Assembly (NCBI GenBank): GCA_036867785.1
Contig: CP145414.1
Location: 620,001-684,000, forward strand
From: Plasmodiophora brassicae
Taxonomy: Eukaryota
Direction of reading: 5' to 3'
DNA: 64,000 nt
How positions within the stretch are numbered: position 1 is the stretch's first letter; every line of letters starts with the position of its first letter. Under the pieces are notes generated by a model. It had not been told where the DNA came from. It saw only the letters and a program-made list of their open reading frames with translations, and ran no database searches. Below, piece by piece: positions 11,423-24,521 of the stretch. A program made the translations under genes and the position numbers.

Positions 11423-13567
11423 TCAGTCATTGCGTTTGCAGGGTGGTTCGCCGCGCTCGATATACGCGGTCCCTGACCCAATCATCCACTTCAACAGGTT
11501 GTAGTACCCGGAGCGAAGCGACGACGGGTCCCAGACAAAGCTGTGACATATGATGGCGCACGTAATCATGAACGAGGCAACCTCCAGATGCGGAACGTGA
11601 ACGCGGACCTGGCGTGCTGTGCAAGCTCGCTCAATGTACTACGACAGCAATGCGTGACATTTAGGTGGCGCTCGTGCATGAAAACGCTCCAGGCACCCTC
11701 ACATGTCCAAATGTGTACAATGCTCGCGAGAGGACATAGAGCGCAAGCTCAATGCGGCGAGGTCCCTTTTCGATTGCAACAGTTGATCCAGCAGCCAGCC
11801 CAGAAAGGTATCCGGAAATGGGACTCTTGAGCCCAATCGTCCTACAGGCACCAACGGTTAAAGTGTTAAACTGCTACTGCAGGGGGCCGGCCATTACCGT
11901 GCCCAGCAGGAAACCAGCCAGGCAACCGAACAGTACGAGGCAAGGAAAGACGAGGAGCGAAGTATCCCTAGCACAGTGTGCCACGACTGCTGCCACGGTT
12001 GACTGAGAATTCGTCTGGTCTTGAACATCAGGAGAGGCAGGAAGTAGACCGGGACGTACACCGGAAGGGCTCGCCTCATGGATTCTAAGAAGAACGAACT
12101 GCCCGGTAGATGGGTGAGCTGCGCTCCCACAGACGGAACAGTGTGCACGCGACGTACACAGTCGCTCCGAAGCACGACGACGTGCCTGGGTGCAGAATCT
12201 CGCAACCGTCATGCCCGGGAGAGACTGGTGCGAGACCGATTCGCTGACGATGAAGGTTCAGTTTCGCCAGTTGCCCACCGGGGATCTCTTTTCCCATCAT
12301 GCAGTTGGAATACGAGTCAACCACCACACGGGCCTTTCCGCCTGTACCAGAATTAGGATACAGGGTAAACAGCGAACACATATTCACCTTGATAGTTCAG
12401 GAAGCCTAGATAGCCCTTGTCAAGCAGGCTGGGGTCGAACACGTACGCGTATAGGACTTGCCCTGATGCCAGCGCCATCAACAGGACGTCGCTGTGAGGG
12501 ACGTGCGGCAGCAGGCCTCGCCTATTCAGCAGCCTGACTGACACCTCTGACAAACGCGAGCGTCAGCCACGCGGCTTCAGGGCAGACGTGAACAAGAGTA
12601 CCAAGAGCTCGGACGCCAAAGAACACGGCAAGAGGAACACGATACGATTTAGGGGCAAACAAAAGTGATGTACCTGCGCAGGCCCCTACAACGGCAGTGC
12701 TAATCGGGAGCGTAAGCGAAAGACGAATCTGTACCAGGGCGTTGTCTGACCTGATGGACGTCATTGGCACGCCAGGGTTGTAATTGTTTGACCAGGTCCG
12801 AGATCGAGGCACAACGACAAGGGTACCGATATCGTCGTCGGCGCCGCCGGGCGGTCCCGGTTCATGACTTCGCGCGTCCTCGCCAACCTCATCCAATGTG
12901 CGAACACATCGACTTTCAATCAGCAGCATGCCAATCTCGAAGATCGTCAAGAACGACCCAACGAAGCATCCGAAGCCGAAGATGTCGTTCAGCCCCAGCG
13001 CTTCCCTGCGGGAATGGGACCGCGTTAAACGGGCACTGGACAGCATCATGCACGGCAGGCCGACGATACATTGGCGTTGTGCGCTTCTTCGTTTGGCTCG
13101 GCTTCCGTTTCAGGACCATTTTCGACGTTGTAAACAGCGCCTGCACTACGACGTGTCTGCTTAGTGCGATGAAGAACCCCCCGCGATTGTAGGGCAAGGG
13201 CCGGCGCTTACGTAGGGCTCCAACGGCGAATCCTTTGCCGAACCGGCGCACAGCCCGCTGGGCCAGCAGCAGCAGCAGGTTCGTCGACCGTCCGGGCCCC
13301 GAGGCGCCATCGCCCTCCGGCGCCAGTGGAATGTCCACATCGTCAGGAAAGAACAGCGGCCCGCCCGCCCTGCTCCCGAAACGGTTCAGCAGACACACAC
13401 GCGCGCTCACACACCGTCGTCCCATACGGCAGCTCGAACTTCTTCGGGAACAGCTCGTTCTGCAGATGCGCCGACGAGTCCCGATGGCGCTTCACGCGAC
13501 GCCGGTCGGTCAGCTCGGACAGGCCGGCGTTCAGCGACTCCCACCGCGTCAGCGCGTTCACCTCCAT
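11423..13567 (-). CDS. TMEM135: Transmembrane protein 135 (PMP52/Tim17-like family)
   Basis: Exon peptides typical of TMEM135: HSDVLLMALASGQVLYAYVFDPSLLDKGYLGFL, CEILHP, RALPVYVPVYFLP, LRSSSFLASYC and DPSSLRSGYYNLLKWM. Multi-intron gene. Confidence 0.8.
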
Positions 13568-13760
13568 CGACGCCCAATCCCCAAAAATGAACGACGACGA
13601 CGACGACGACGGCGCGCGTGCGACTCCGAAACGTCTCCTCCCGGGGCAGCACCCACCGGATCACCCTTGCATGTACCTGTCGGCGGCCGCAGATTCTACA
13701 CAGAGGGATCGCTGCGTACGCTTGGGCGGGGCTGACGAACCGTAATTAGGCAGCAACAGC

Positions 13761-15012
13761 ATGAAGGCAGCGCTCGTCGTCGTCGTTGTCGTCGTCGCCG
13801 TCGCTGTCTGTGCAGCGCAGAACGAGGTCGTCGTCGACGCGGCGAATGGGGTGACGCTGTCGTGGACGATTGTGAACGGGACGGTGACGATGTCGGTCGC
13901 GGCAAAGAGCAATGGATACGTGGCGATTGGGTTCTCGGCGACCGGCGACATGGTCGGCAGCAGCGCCGTGATCGGTTGGCCCGGCAACGTGAAAGAGTAC
14001 ATGCTGAACGATAAGACTGTCGACGGCATCGTCCCTGTCAGTGACCCGATTATCCACGACGCGAGCGCCACCCAGGCTGCAGGTACACAGCCTCCGCCAT
14101 GTGACCCGGGTTGCCGTTTCACATTCCACAACGAACTAGGCACCTTGACGATGACGTTCTCGCGGCCGCTCGCCTATCCCGCCCGTCCGATTCGGCCCAG
14201 CGGACGTCAGAGTATGATCTGGGCGATACACCCGACGTACCAGGGCTTGATGCAGCACCAAGGCCATGGGTCGTTCGAGATTGACCTGGCGACGGCGTCG
14301 GTCGCGTCAGGGCCCTCCAGACTTCGCATTATTGAAGCCCATGGTTCGTCGCGGAATCGCAGCCCAGACGAATCGTCGAGCCAAGTGACACTGTGCAGGC
14401 TTCATCATGTGGACCGCGTTCGGCGTGCTGTTCCCGATCGGGATGCTGTGTGCCCGGTTCATGACCAAGGTGACCAACTCCTGGTTCCGCGCCCATCGAA
14501 TGCTCCAGGTCACTGGCACCGTTCTAGTCATCGTGGCGCTGTTGCTGGCCATCGACTACTTTGCGTCTAGCGGCCTGGACCACTTCTCCAGTACGATAGG
14601 CATCCGTGTGCTTCGGCGGTACGTTCGCTGACCCGACCTCTGAACAGGTGGCCACCCTCAAGCCGGAATCTGTACGTTCGCTATCCTCCTATTCCAGGTC
14701 TTCGTCGCTGCGATACGTCCTCATAAGGGTGCGCGCCTTCGCAAGCCTTGGTTCTTCGTGCACGCCTGGCTCGGCCGGTTCCTGTTCATCTGGGGACCCA
14801 TCCTGGTCTACTCGGGGCTTCTGACGTTCAACAGCCTGTTCGGGTCGGCCATGATCCCACTCCTCGTTGCGCACACGATCGTGACCGCCCTCATCTGGAT
14901 CGCTGCGTTCATGCTCGAGCGGCAGCGACGCCGTCTTCGCACGATCCAGTTCGCGACCGACAGCGGCGACGCCGCCCAGCAACACAACGTCAACGCCGAT
15001 ATGCAGATCTAA
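13761..15012 (+). CDS. DOMON + cytochrome b561 (CYBDOM) protein, copy 1
   Basis: Signal peptide. DOMON region GYVAIGFSATGDMVGSSAVIGW...TMTFSRPL...MIWA...MQH. b561 helices with His ligands (AHG, WFRAHRMLQ, HP, VHAWLGR). Confidence 0.88.
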
Positions 15013-15307
15013 CCAGGGCTGTGCGCGCTCGCTCCTCCCCACGTATGCACCCCTACTCCAATAAACAACTTCCAATCGTCACATCGTCGGCTGTGGTGTG
15101 ACCACGAACAAGCCATTCATTTGCTGTGACGAAGGGGGTCTCTGGCGTGCCCACGAAGGCCGCAGCCGGGCCTAGGCCCATGGGCTTTAGGGTTGCGTTG
15201 CCACTTGCCGGTCGATGGGCCACCTGGATCGACCGCTTGAGGGTAAAGGTACTATCCAGTTGTCGCTGTCCATAGTGGATCAACTGGAGTAGAGCGATCG
15301 CCTAGCG

Positions 15308-16512
15308 ATGGGGTTCCACGTGTTGTTCATCGTAGCCGGCATCGTCTGCGGGGCATCCGGCCAGGGCCCGCTGCTCGTCGACTCGCCCAGAAATGTGGTG
15401 CTGTCCTGGTCGGTCGGCAACGGATCGCTGACAATGTCGGTGTCGATGGATGCGGGCGGGTGGGTCGGCGTCGCGTTCTCCCCCGACGGGAACATGGTCG
15501 GGAGCCATGCCATCATCGGCTGGCCCAGCGGCGTGTCCGGCAACATACAGGAGTACTGGTTGCAATCGCAACAACCCAATGGCGTTGTGCCCGTTAGCGA
15601 CCCGATCTTGACTGGCGCCTCGATAACCGTCAGCGGGGGTCGGTGCCATTTCGTCCTTCGCACTGGTGTTGACCGTTAACGGAATGTGCAGCAACGATGA
15701 CGATGAATTTCACAAGGCCGCTCGAGTACCTTGGACGACCAATCACGTTGTCGGGCATGCAGACCATGTTGTGGGCGATGAACATGCAAACGCGTGGCCT
15801 CGTCCGGCACGATTTCCGGGGGGCGTTCCAGATCGATCTATCGTCGGGCGTCAGCGCTGCCACATCTGCCAGAACCCAGCTGATCGCAGCGCATGGTCGG
15901 GTGAAGGGTTATGTATCGTCGGCCGTTGCTCAACCGTCCCTAGGGGTTCTCATGTGGTTCGCCTTCTGCGTCTGCTTCCCGTTGGGTGCGATGTCGGCCC
16001 GATACCTAACGCACAGCAACCTCAGGTGGTTCCATGCGCACCGCGTCCTCCAGGTGACGGGCACGTTGCTCATGTTGGTGGCGTTTGCGTTGGCCATATC
16101 GTACGTGCAGCAAGCCGCTGGATCCCATTTCGCAAGTAGGCCAAATCGGCACTGGTCGATGCACACCAATCTCACTGAGGCGTTCGCAGCATCGCACCCG
16201 CTTGCTGGGCTGTGCACCATTGTCTGCATGTTCGTCAATTTCCTGGCGGGCCTCAGTCGACCTCATAAGGAGAGCCCATGGAGACGGTCGTGGTTCCTGT
16301 TCCATTCCACGATTGGACGTTGCGCGTTTATCTGGGGGCCCTTGATGGCGCTGTCGGGAATTCTGACATACCAGAGCCTGTTTGGGGATTCAATCCTGCC
16401 GCTGCTCTACGTGTACGTTGTCGTCACACCGATTATCGTTCTGATAGCCATTACACGCGAGACTTTGCGGTCCCGAGCAACAAGGCCATCTGGCGTCGCG
16501 ACACCGCTATGA
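15308..16512 (+). CDS. DOMON + cytochrome b561 (CYBDOM) protein, copy 2 (tandem paralog)
   Basis: GWVGVAFSPDGNMVGSHAIIGWP, MNFTRPL, AAHG, WFHAHRVLQ, SHP and FHSTIGR, colinear with copy 1. Confidence 0.88.
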
Positions 16513-16536
16513 TGAAACAATCACCATGTTGAACCT

Positions 16537-18472
16537 TTATGAGTCGTTTCGCTCCCATATCTGGATATAGCTCTCCGACAGGGCGACGAGCTGAGGCATA
16601 GTCTCTTGAACATGGAGGTCTTGGATGTCGTACCACTGACGGTTGCTACAACTCCAGATATGCGCCCGATACCTGCCTGATGATTCCTTCATGTTCGCCG
16701 TTGCGGCGGCCGTATCACCAGTGACCGTCTGCTCGGGTTCATGACATACTGACGCCACGAGGTTGTACCTTGTCGAGACGTCCATGTCAGCTGTCCCTTT
16801 GGGGGAATCTGTGGCGCTGTTAATGCACAAGTGACGAGTCCTGCCACGAAGGTACGACATACAATAGTCTTTCATCTCGAGATTAGTGACGGGGAAATTG
16901 ACAATGGTCGTGTTCTTCTCCATAAAGAAATTGTTGCGAGTGAATCGCTTGAAATGAAGAATAAGGTATCGAGGCAGACGGCGTATCGTATGTTTGCGCA
17001 TTTCGCCATTCGGCAGGTTCTAAAATCACATTAGGCATGTGCTGCGTATGCGAAACAACGTTACGGAAGTTCCTACATGAATGGTGGAACCATCGAACTT
17101 CTGCAGAAGTATGAACAGAGGCACTTGGGGAATAACTTCACGGTCCGACTCTCTGTCTTTGAACAACGGCACCGGTGGCAAATCAAGGGATAGATACAGG
17201 AAAGGTATGGTCTTTGGCGGGGGCGGGTTCGGAATTCCAGACGTAACGACTTCCACGTCGCCTTGGAAGATATCCGTGATGATCGACGATTTCCGATCAG
17301 GCGACAGCTCTGCCAGCTCGCGATGGACAGTGTTGAGAAACCAGGTCAGAAATTTGATCGGATCCGCGAGTGTCCCTGGAATCCAGTGGTATCAGACTCC
17401 TCGAAGCAACATGAAACGACGACCTCGGCTTACCAATGCGGAACTGTTTACGTGAAGCAGACGAGATTGCTTGCAGGAGCTCATGGGGAGATACGTGGGA
17501 ACGAAACAGACGGGGATTCCAAAACTTTCGCACAAGCTACAGCAAAGGAGCTAAGAACGATGAGTACAGCACGGCCGAGACACTGGCCACGCATACCTCA
17601 CCGAACCGTTGAACCAATTGCGACTTACACGAAGCATAGTTTTCAGCGACGACGAAGTAGTCTCGCAGGGGCCGCACGCCTAAAGTTAGACAGTCAGACG
17701 ATATCCGGCCGCATAGAGCCTACCCTACGCATCAGGGCTTGAAGGATAGCGTTGAGCCAGTCTGTGTGTTTGATGTTGTTTAAACCAATTACGCCAGGCA
17801 AGTAATCAACTCCATCAAGGACTTGAGAGAAGCGTGGATTCGTATCGAGCACATGCAACTGATCAGGGGTCGTCCTGGGGAACAAGTTGAACTGGATGTC
17901 CTCCAAAGACGGGTCATGGACTTCGTAGCCGTCCGGAAGGCAATAGAATTTCGCCGTCGACAGATTGATGAACACATGGTGATTCTGATGCAACGCATGG
18001 GTGTACGCATGCGATGATGGACCGCGTCCCTGGAAATACTTCCCGCAAACCAAGCATCCGTAAACGTTGTGCGTCGACAGCGACACAGAGCACAATTTCT
18101 CGAAATCGAAATCGAGAAGCCGACGATTGATCGTATCCAAATATGGGCACGACTCTGGTACCCGGGCACGATCAGCCACTACCTTGTACTCCTGCGCAAC
18201 ACGTTAAACAACACAGGTCGACGAGCAGGAAAGCTAACCTCGTCATCGTCAAGTTCTGCCCGTTCAGTGCCGTCCAGTTCTGGTCGTTCAGCACCAACCG
18301 CCTCGTCAACACCGCCGTTACTGGCAGGCGCTTCACCCTTCCCGTGGTCACCGTCGTCGTCCATCCGTATGCGTTTCGCATCATGCGCAACGCCGTCACC
18401 CGCATCGGCGTCGTCCGCCTGGGCGACCTCCCGCCGCCGGCGCTGACGTCGCGTCTCCCGCTCGGCAACCAT
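16537..18472 (-). CDS. USP39: U4/U6.U5 tri-snRNP-associated protein 2 (USP39/Sad1), ZnF-UBP + inactive USP domain
   Basis: CPYLDTINRRLLDFDFEKLCSVSLS..NVYGCLVCGKYFQGRG, YLPGVIGLNNIK, RKFWNPRLFRSHVSPHELLQA, LPRYLILHFKRF and WYDIQDLHV...LSESYIQIWE. Confidence 0.95.
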
Positions 18473-18726
18473 GATCGAACTGCAAAGGAGCGGCAGAGCG
18501 GCGACGCACTTTTTCGATACTACCGTCTGCTCAGACTCGCGTCGGGCCACTGGCCAACTCACCTAAAGCTGCACGGTGTGTACCGGACTCAGCCGCTGAC
18601 TCGGTGACCGCACTGGCGGCAAGTCGCCATGGATTGGTCCACACGGGTCACATCACATCGCAGGCGGCGGAAGACCGCGTGCGTGCGGGACAATGGTCGG
18701 CAGGGTGATATCCGGATATCTAAACG

Positions 18727-19302
18727 ATGGACAAGGCGCGGGCGGTCGCTATCTGGGCGGCGGCTGTATGCGGCAACGGTTTGGTGCAGGCTGTGGCGAC
18801 CCAGCACGATAGGCGACGACGAGGCCCGTCGGAGCTGGATTTCATATCGGGCAGGATAGCGACGTATTTCGCGATCGCCGCCATGCTGGTCCATATTGCG
18901 GCCTGGGCGGTGTACTACATTCGTAGCCGGTTGATGACGAATTTCACTTGGTTCGCGTTCTTCTCCGTCATCCTCGGCATCGTGGTCGGCCGGTTGGGCG
19001 CCCGAATCCTAAACGTCGTCTCCGTCGCGTGCTTGGCTGCCAGCGGCATGGCCGCGTTTGCCTACCTGAAACGGGCACGACGACGAGGCCGTCGCCCCGC
19101 CAGGGACACCCTGATCACGGGGCCAAGCCGGTTCCCTGAACCGATGACGTCCGACGAACTGCTCCTGTTGGCCGAATCCCTACTGATGTGGGGCCTCGGC
19201 ACCCTGGCCAAGGTGTCCGTTCCTGCCATCCTGGCCCGGGCGCCTGACTGCGACTACTGGCGGGACATGATGGGCATCCTCGTGCGCGGTTACGACCACT
19301 AA
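18727..19302 (+). CDS. Hypothetical multi-pass membrane protein
   Basis: 191-aa ORF with 3-4 hydrophobic segments and GC-rich third codon positions; no family recognised. Confidence 0.5.
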   Translation: MDKARAVAIWAAAVCGNGLVQAVATQHDRRRRGPSELDFISGRIATYFAIAAMLVHIAAWAVYYIRSRLMTNFTWFAFFSVILGIVVGRLGARILNVVSVACLAASGMAAFAYLKRARRRGRRPARDTLITGPSRFPEPMTSDELLLLAESLLMWGLGTLAKVSVPAILARAPDCDYWRDMMGILVRGYDH

Positions 19303-19433
19303 TACATAGACAGCCGAGCCTGTCCCGAGGTGTGTGACGACTGACGGCGCCGAGAGTCTCGGCCCGGGCCGGCGCCTGGCGGCCGCGGTCGACCAAATCC
19401 AGGTGGCGCGCACCCGCGCAGACCCGGACGGAA

Positions 19434-21311
19434 ATGCAGACGACCGTGCTGGGTGGCACCCGGCGGCGTTGGCGACGGGTCCTCGTACTGCCGCGCAGGG
19501 CGCTCCACTACAAGATCGAGCGGGTCGTGCATGGCGTTCGCGCCCGGGACATGGTCCGATGCTGCGCCCCGTTGTCCGGCCGCCGTGTCCTGACGGTGTC
19601 GTAGTACGCTGTGGTGGCCGACGTACCGCATTACTCCGAGTTCGTCCCCTACTGCGAGATGTCTCGCGTCGTGCAGAAGAGCGCCGATGGCCGCGAGCTG
19701 CTCGCCGACATGTCGATCGGGTTCAGCCGGTTTTCGGAGCGGTTTGTCGCTGGGGTGTCGCGCGCTGGACGCTGGGCTTACCTAGACGTTGTCGCCGTGG
19801 TGGCAGATACCGATCGCACGTCATCCTGGAACAGAGCCCGCCGACGAGGTACTGCGTCGAAGCGCGCGCTGTCGACTCGGTACTGTGCTCGTCGTCCGGG
19901 TCTTGCAGAGGCGGCCGGCTGACGAACGAACGGGCAGACATTGTTCTCCAAGATGCGGACTCGTTGGGAACTGGAGTGCCGCTCTGGGACCGACACGAAC
20001 GTCTCGTTTGACATCGACCTGGAGCCCGCGTCCGTCATGCACAGGATCGCCCTGCGATATGTGTTCAAAGACGTGGCCGAAAAGCAACTTGGCGCATTCG
20101 TAAACAGGTACGGTGCCTGGCGCTGTGTCGCTTGCGTTGCCTGAGTCGCCTACCTATGTAGATGTCTTCGCCTATTTCCTAGGAAACCCGAGCCGCCCGT
20201 CACCGAAGGAGTGCTGAGCGACGAGCAGGCCTTCGAGGACTTCCAAGCAAGTGTCCGAACGGCGCTGTTCCCACTGAAACATCAATGTGACTCCGAGCAC
20301 ACTATCCGATTGCCCTGTCGTCATGCTGACGGCGTCTCTTCAGGCTCGTTGTCGTTCGCTGATTTCCGAGTCTACCGGAGGTGCCTGGCACTTGCCGAGA
20401 AGCCGGTCGGCAGCCTCGAACAGTTCCGAAGTGTTTGCAGGTACTGACTATATGACGACGCGTACGTAACGCAAGTAGCTGACATGGTCGTTGAAGTTTG
20501 GTTGTTGAGGAATTCCACCGGAAGAGCCTGGTTGCCCGCCATGAATATGACGTTGCGCGTATGGTCGCAGAGAACGACTTCATCGCGTCCCATGTATGGA
20601 CGTGTTTCGGCCCCGAGGAGCGCGTGAATGCGGCCACGCTTCTGTCCTACCTGTATCTCATAACCAAGGCCTCGCCTCTCGAATGGTATGCACTGGTGGA
20701 CCCTCTCCACGTCTGTAACCTTCCAAAATCAGGCTGTTCGCTTGCATGAAAGATTGCTCGCTTAACGATGGCGAATGTCTTCAGCGCATCACCAATGATT
20801 ACTTTCGGCTGCGAATCGGTATCATTCGCGCGGCGCTCCCGGGTAAGCAACCGTCATGCGGTACTGAATCGTTAGTCACGTTCGGCACCACTCTTCTTAG
20901 ATCTGCTTGTCGACGGTATGGCTTCTGATGCGTTCAGTGCCCGGCAAGCCACTCGAGACCCCATGATTGTCCTAGGTCCGAATATTCGGCTGTAAACATC
21001 CTCTGTACTAAACGTGGGTGATAGGGGTATATGGAGCTATGGAATCTGTCTTGCAACAGTACGAGCAGGAATTGCTGTTGGCCTCAGGAGACGTCGCATC
21101 ACGGGTATGGATTTCCTTGAATCACTGCTCTGTTCTAACAGTAGAGCCTTGTTCCCAGATGGCCGCTAGCGAGTCGCCGTGTATTGACGCGTGGGCTCTT
21201 TCTTGGTCGCATCATGTGGCCGCTGTCGAGAATCTGTCGACGCATAACGTTGTGCTGTGCTTGCGTCGACTAATTTCAACGATTGCCTCCAGTCATGTGT
21301 CGTCCTATTGA
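19434..21311 (+). CDS. COQ10-like START/polyketide-cyclase domain protein with long C-terminal extension
   Basis: Arg-rich presequence-like N-terminus, then YAVVADVPHYSEFVPYCEMSRV...ADMSIGFSRFSERF, LFSKMRTRWEL and VAEKQLGAFVNR. Further exons run to about 21311; the 3' structure is uncertain. Confidence 0.7.
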
Positions 21312-21383
21312 CGTATAACTGTGCCCCATAAACTAAGATGCTTAACCTACGACTTGCAACGGACTGTAGGAGAATTGCGTTTA

Positions 21384-22555
21384 TCAGTTGGCTATGGTAA
21401 TACCGGATTCTGTGATCTGCATCGTTTCTCAACTAAAGATCCGCATCAGTCGACAGCAACGATACCTGATATCTGAACCAGCAGTCGGCTGACACTGGAG
21501 ACTTCTTGATCGTTAAGAATCGGTCCTTTGTTGCAGCGTCCAGTTCGAGTATATACCGTACGTTGACAGAGTGTTCCCAAGGAAGCCCTGTCGTCTTGCA
21601 ATGTTACAAGAGGCTAAGGGGGAACGAATACATGTCGAATACAAACCGAGCGCAGGGCGGACGTTTGTGACTACAGGCGAATCGAGAACGCTATCGCGGT
21701 CTGATCTGAACGTACTTGACACCTGACGAAGAGCGCGTGATCGGCAACGGTGCACGGGAGCAGCATTTCAACTTCCCCCAACCTGATTGGTGACCAAGCA
21801 TGCAATGTCGTACTTTTCGGATAGATTCTTCAGCTCCATGGCGATATCGGAGAGGTAGCTATGCATTCTAGCCTGATCCATGTGACGGCAAATGGCAGCT
21901 AGAGAGTCGACAACGACAGCGGCAGCATCGCGATACAGTATCTCTTGGTCAAGCTCGCTAACTCTGGCGCAGCCACAATCAGGCCATGTACCAATGACTT
22001 AACAGGAACGCAGTACAGCTTTCGAAACGACTGCGGATCCGATTCAGCGATAACGATGACTGACGACATTAGTTCGGTTAGGCGTGCGGGGCACCCCAGC
22101 TGTTCCGGGTATCGCGATGCCGCAATCTGAAGCAACCTAACACGATTGGTTGGCAACATCGGCTTGATTAGAGAACCTGGTAGCCGACCTGGCCGTTGAT
22201 AAGCTGTTCTCGGTATCAACGAAGATTACAGGCTTTCGAGTCATCACGAACGTATCGACCGCGAACGTCATGCATGCTTGCGTCTTGCCCGCCGACGAGG
22301 CTCCACACAGTTCGGTGACAATTCCAGGAATGACCGGTGCAGGAGCGATTATCCCTGCCTAAATGAGAAATGAGCAGCCACCACAACTCCAGTGGTTGCA
22401 TGGAGAGCGGTCACATGTCGGGTTGAGGCCATCTTTAGAAGCTGAAACGCGGTTTTGGGTTTGGGCGCACGTCTAGCAGCATCGGCATCCCGCTTCCTCA
22501 CAGCATCAAGCCCAAACTTCCGGCAGACCCCGATGTCGTCTTCGAACGCGTCCAT
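21384..22555 (-). CDS. RAD51 paralog (RAD51D-like) recombinase-family ATPase
   Basis: Manual translation gives GIVTELCGASSAGKTQAC (Walker A), VIFVDTENS, IAMELKNLSEKYDIACLVTNQV, VRPALG and PWEHSVNVRYIL...IKKSP...ITESGI. Mostly missed by the ORF track. Confidence 0.8.
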
Positions 22556-22631
22556 GATGGCCGAATTCGGATCCAGCGGCGGAACTCGCGCGCGCGTCCG
22601 GGATTGGGGTGCCGACCAGTCCGTTGTATTA

Positions 22632-23946
22632 TTAGATCTGGTTGCTAAGGTGGTTGTGCCATCCTGATAAGCCCAGGAGCGCACAGAACCAATTGAATAT
22701 CCGCATGGGCAGCAGGCCTCGCAGACAGGAAACAGCGCCAAGATAAGACGGGACGAACAGGGTCGAATCTCTTCGACAGATGCCGTCGATGATCTTGTAG
22801 GCCGCATTCTGAAGCTTGACTGGAGGACATAGCTGCTGTTTGGAATGCGTCTGCCCGCTGCAGTGGACCGTCAGAGGGCATCCGGCGCCGGAGAACGTTC
22901 GTCACGGACCTGAAGACGGTGGCGTCGATCATGTTGAGATGGACGCACGCCCAGAACACATTGATGCCGTCGAGGCCGTATTCACAGAGCTCGGTCCGGA
23001 GAGCGTCTGTCAGCCCACAGGCGGCGAACTGGTTTGCACAGAAATGACTCTGATTGGCGACACCTGGCCCGCAGATTCCAACACCGTCAAATGGGCATTC
23101 GGCCGATGGGGACGAAGATCTACCTGTGATGGCCGCACTTGACGAGACGATGGCGAGCGTCCCCCGATTCGACTGTATCATCTGCGATCAAAATTACCCG
23201 TCTCAGCGATATGATCGATGAACACGTCGTGCACGAGTGGACAACCTCAGAAAGAAACGCTCGTAGGACAGTGAAATGCCCCAGTGCAGCGACATCGAAC
23301 TCCTTCTTGATTGATTCCATCGACAACATGTGCAGCGGCTGGGCCAACTTCCCGTCAACGGGGGGACGAACATTCACGTCGATGACAACCTCGACGGGCG
23401 CTGCCGTAGAGCACGATCAGACAACAGGGCCGGACGTGTCCACACAACGATGACCCTATCCGAACCAATTTTCTTGTCCTGGATGAGTCGCCCTAACGGT
23501 ACCAACAGCTTCTCGTTCAGCGTCTTCTCGTCGGTCGTATCACAGCTGAAGCAGAAAGCGCGTCCATTGCGCATGTCGATGACGTTGGCACAAGACGCCG
23601 CGCTTCCATCGCTACAGTCGACGACGACCACTAGGCTTGCACATAAATGCCCAATTCCAGTGCATTCCCGCGCAGAGGGTACCTGTGGCGCCCCTTGCCC
23701 CACATTCCAAAGCGATATAATGTCCAACGCCCGAGCCAACTCCATTGACGACCACCGTCTTCCCATCCAGAGATTGCTCCCTCGTTTGCGCCGCTCTTCG
23801 CTTCCGCCGCACAGCGATGATGGAATACAGGACAATTAAGGCTGCACGGCGCCCAATCAACCAACGCTTCACCCGAGGCAATCGTCACAATGCTGACCAG
23901 CGACGGTTCGCGTTCGGCGTCCGGGCGTCGACAGGAACAACCCCAT
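22632..23946 (-). CDS. Membrane-anchored short-chain dehydrogenase/reductase (RDH10/17beta-HSD11-like) with non-canonical catalytic motif
   Basis: N-terminal TM (ALIVLYSIIAV), LDGKTVVVNGVGSGVGHYIALE, FSCDTTD, NRGTLAIVSSSAA and GVANQSHFCANQFAACGLTDALRTEL. Confidence 0.8.
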
Positions 23947-24269
23947 CGGCGGGCAACGTACCGCTCGCAGTCCGCGCGCGCCAGACGTTTCTGGCACTCC
24001 GACTCTGACAACAAGACCTGTACGGCGGGCAACGACGATGCCGTTGCCTAGCTCCGCTTTCGTCTACCCGTTACTGTCAACCGGCTGCGCACCACAGTAC
24101 GAATTGGGGCCAGGGTCAGCACCCACTACAGTACTGTACTGCGGTTCGATTTCACGTCACATGCAGTAGCGACGTGCAGGAGAGGATGCAATTCTGGATG
24201 TGGCGACGACACGGAGGGTACGCACGGGAACCGGGAAGGAGGAATATATTAAGCAGGGCGGGAGAGACC

Positions 24270-24521
24270 TCAACAGGTGGTGGCAGCCGGATTAGTAGTC
24301 TGCTCGATGCTGTTGTAGGACTGTAGGATGCTGAGGACGGTGAACCTGGGCAGGTTCACCATGGAGCGCCGCCTGTGCTCGGTCTGGCTCTGCCGGAACG
24401 CGGTCAGCGACACCGGGATCTCCGCCTCCACCGACGCCGCCCGCTTGCGCTCGACGCCACAGTGCACATCGTCGGGGAACGCCATCGTCATCGCTCGCTT
24501 GCGTCCTGCTACTGCCGTCAT
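24270..24521 (-). CDS. Small hypothetical protein (83 aa)
   Basis: Intronless ORF MTAVAGRKRAMTMAFPDD...PAATTC with strongly GC-rich third positions like neighbouring genes. Confidence 0.4.
   Translation of the reverse strand: MTAVAGRKRAMTMAFPDDVHCGVERKRAASVEAEIPVSLTAFRQSQTEHRRRSMVNLPRFTVLSILQSYNSIEQTTNPAATTC

Noticed and set aside
17694-17800. Missing catalytic Cys in the USP domain as a novelty
   Set aside because: USP39/Sad1 is a well-known inactive USP, so this is expected.
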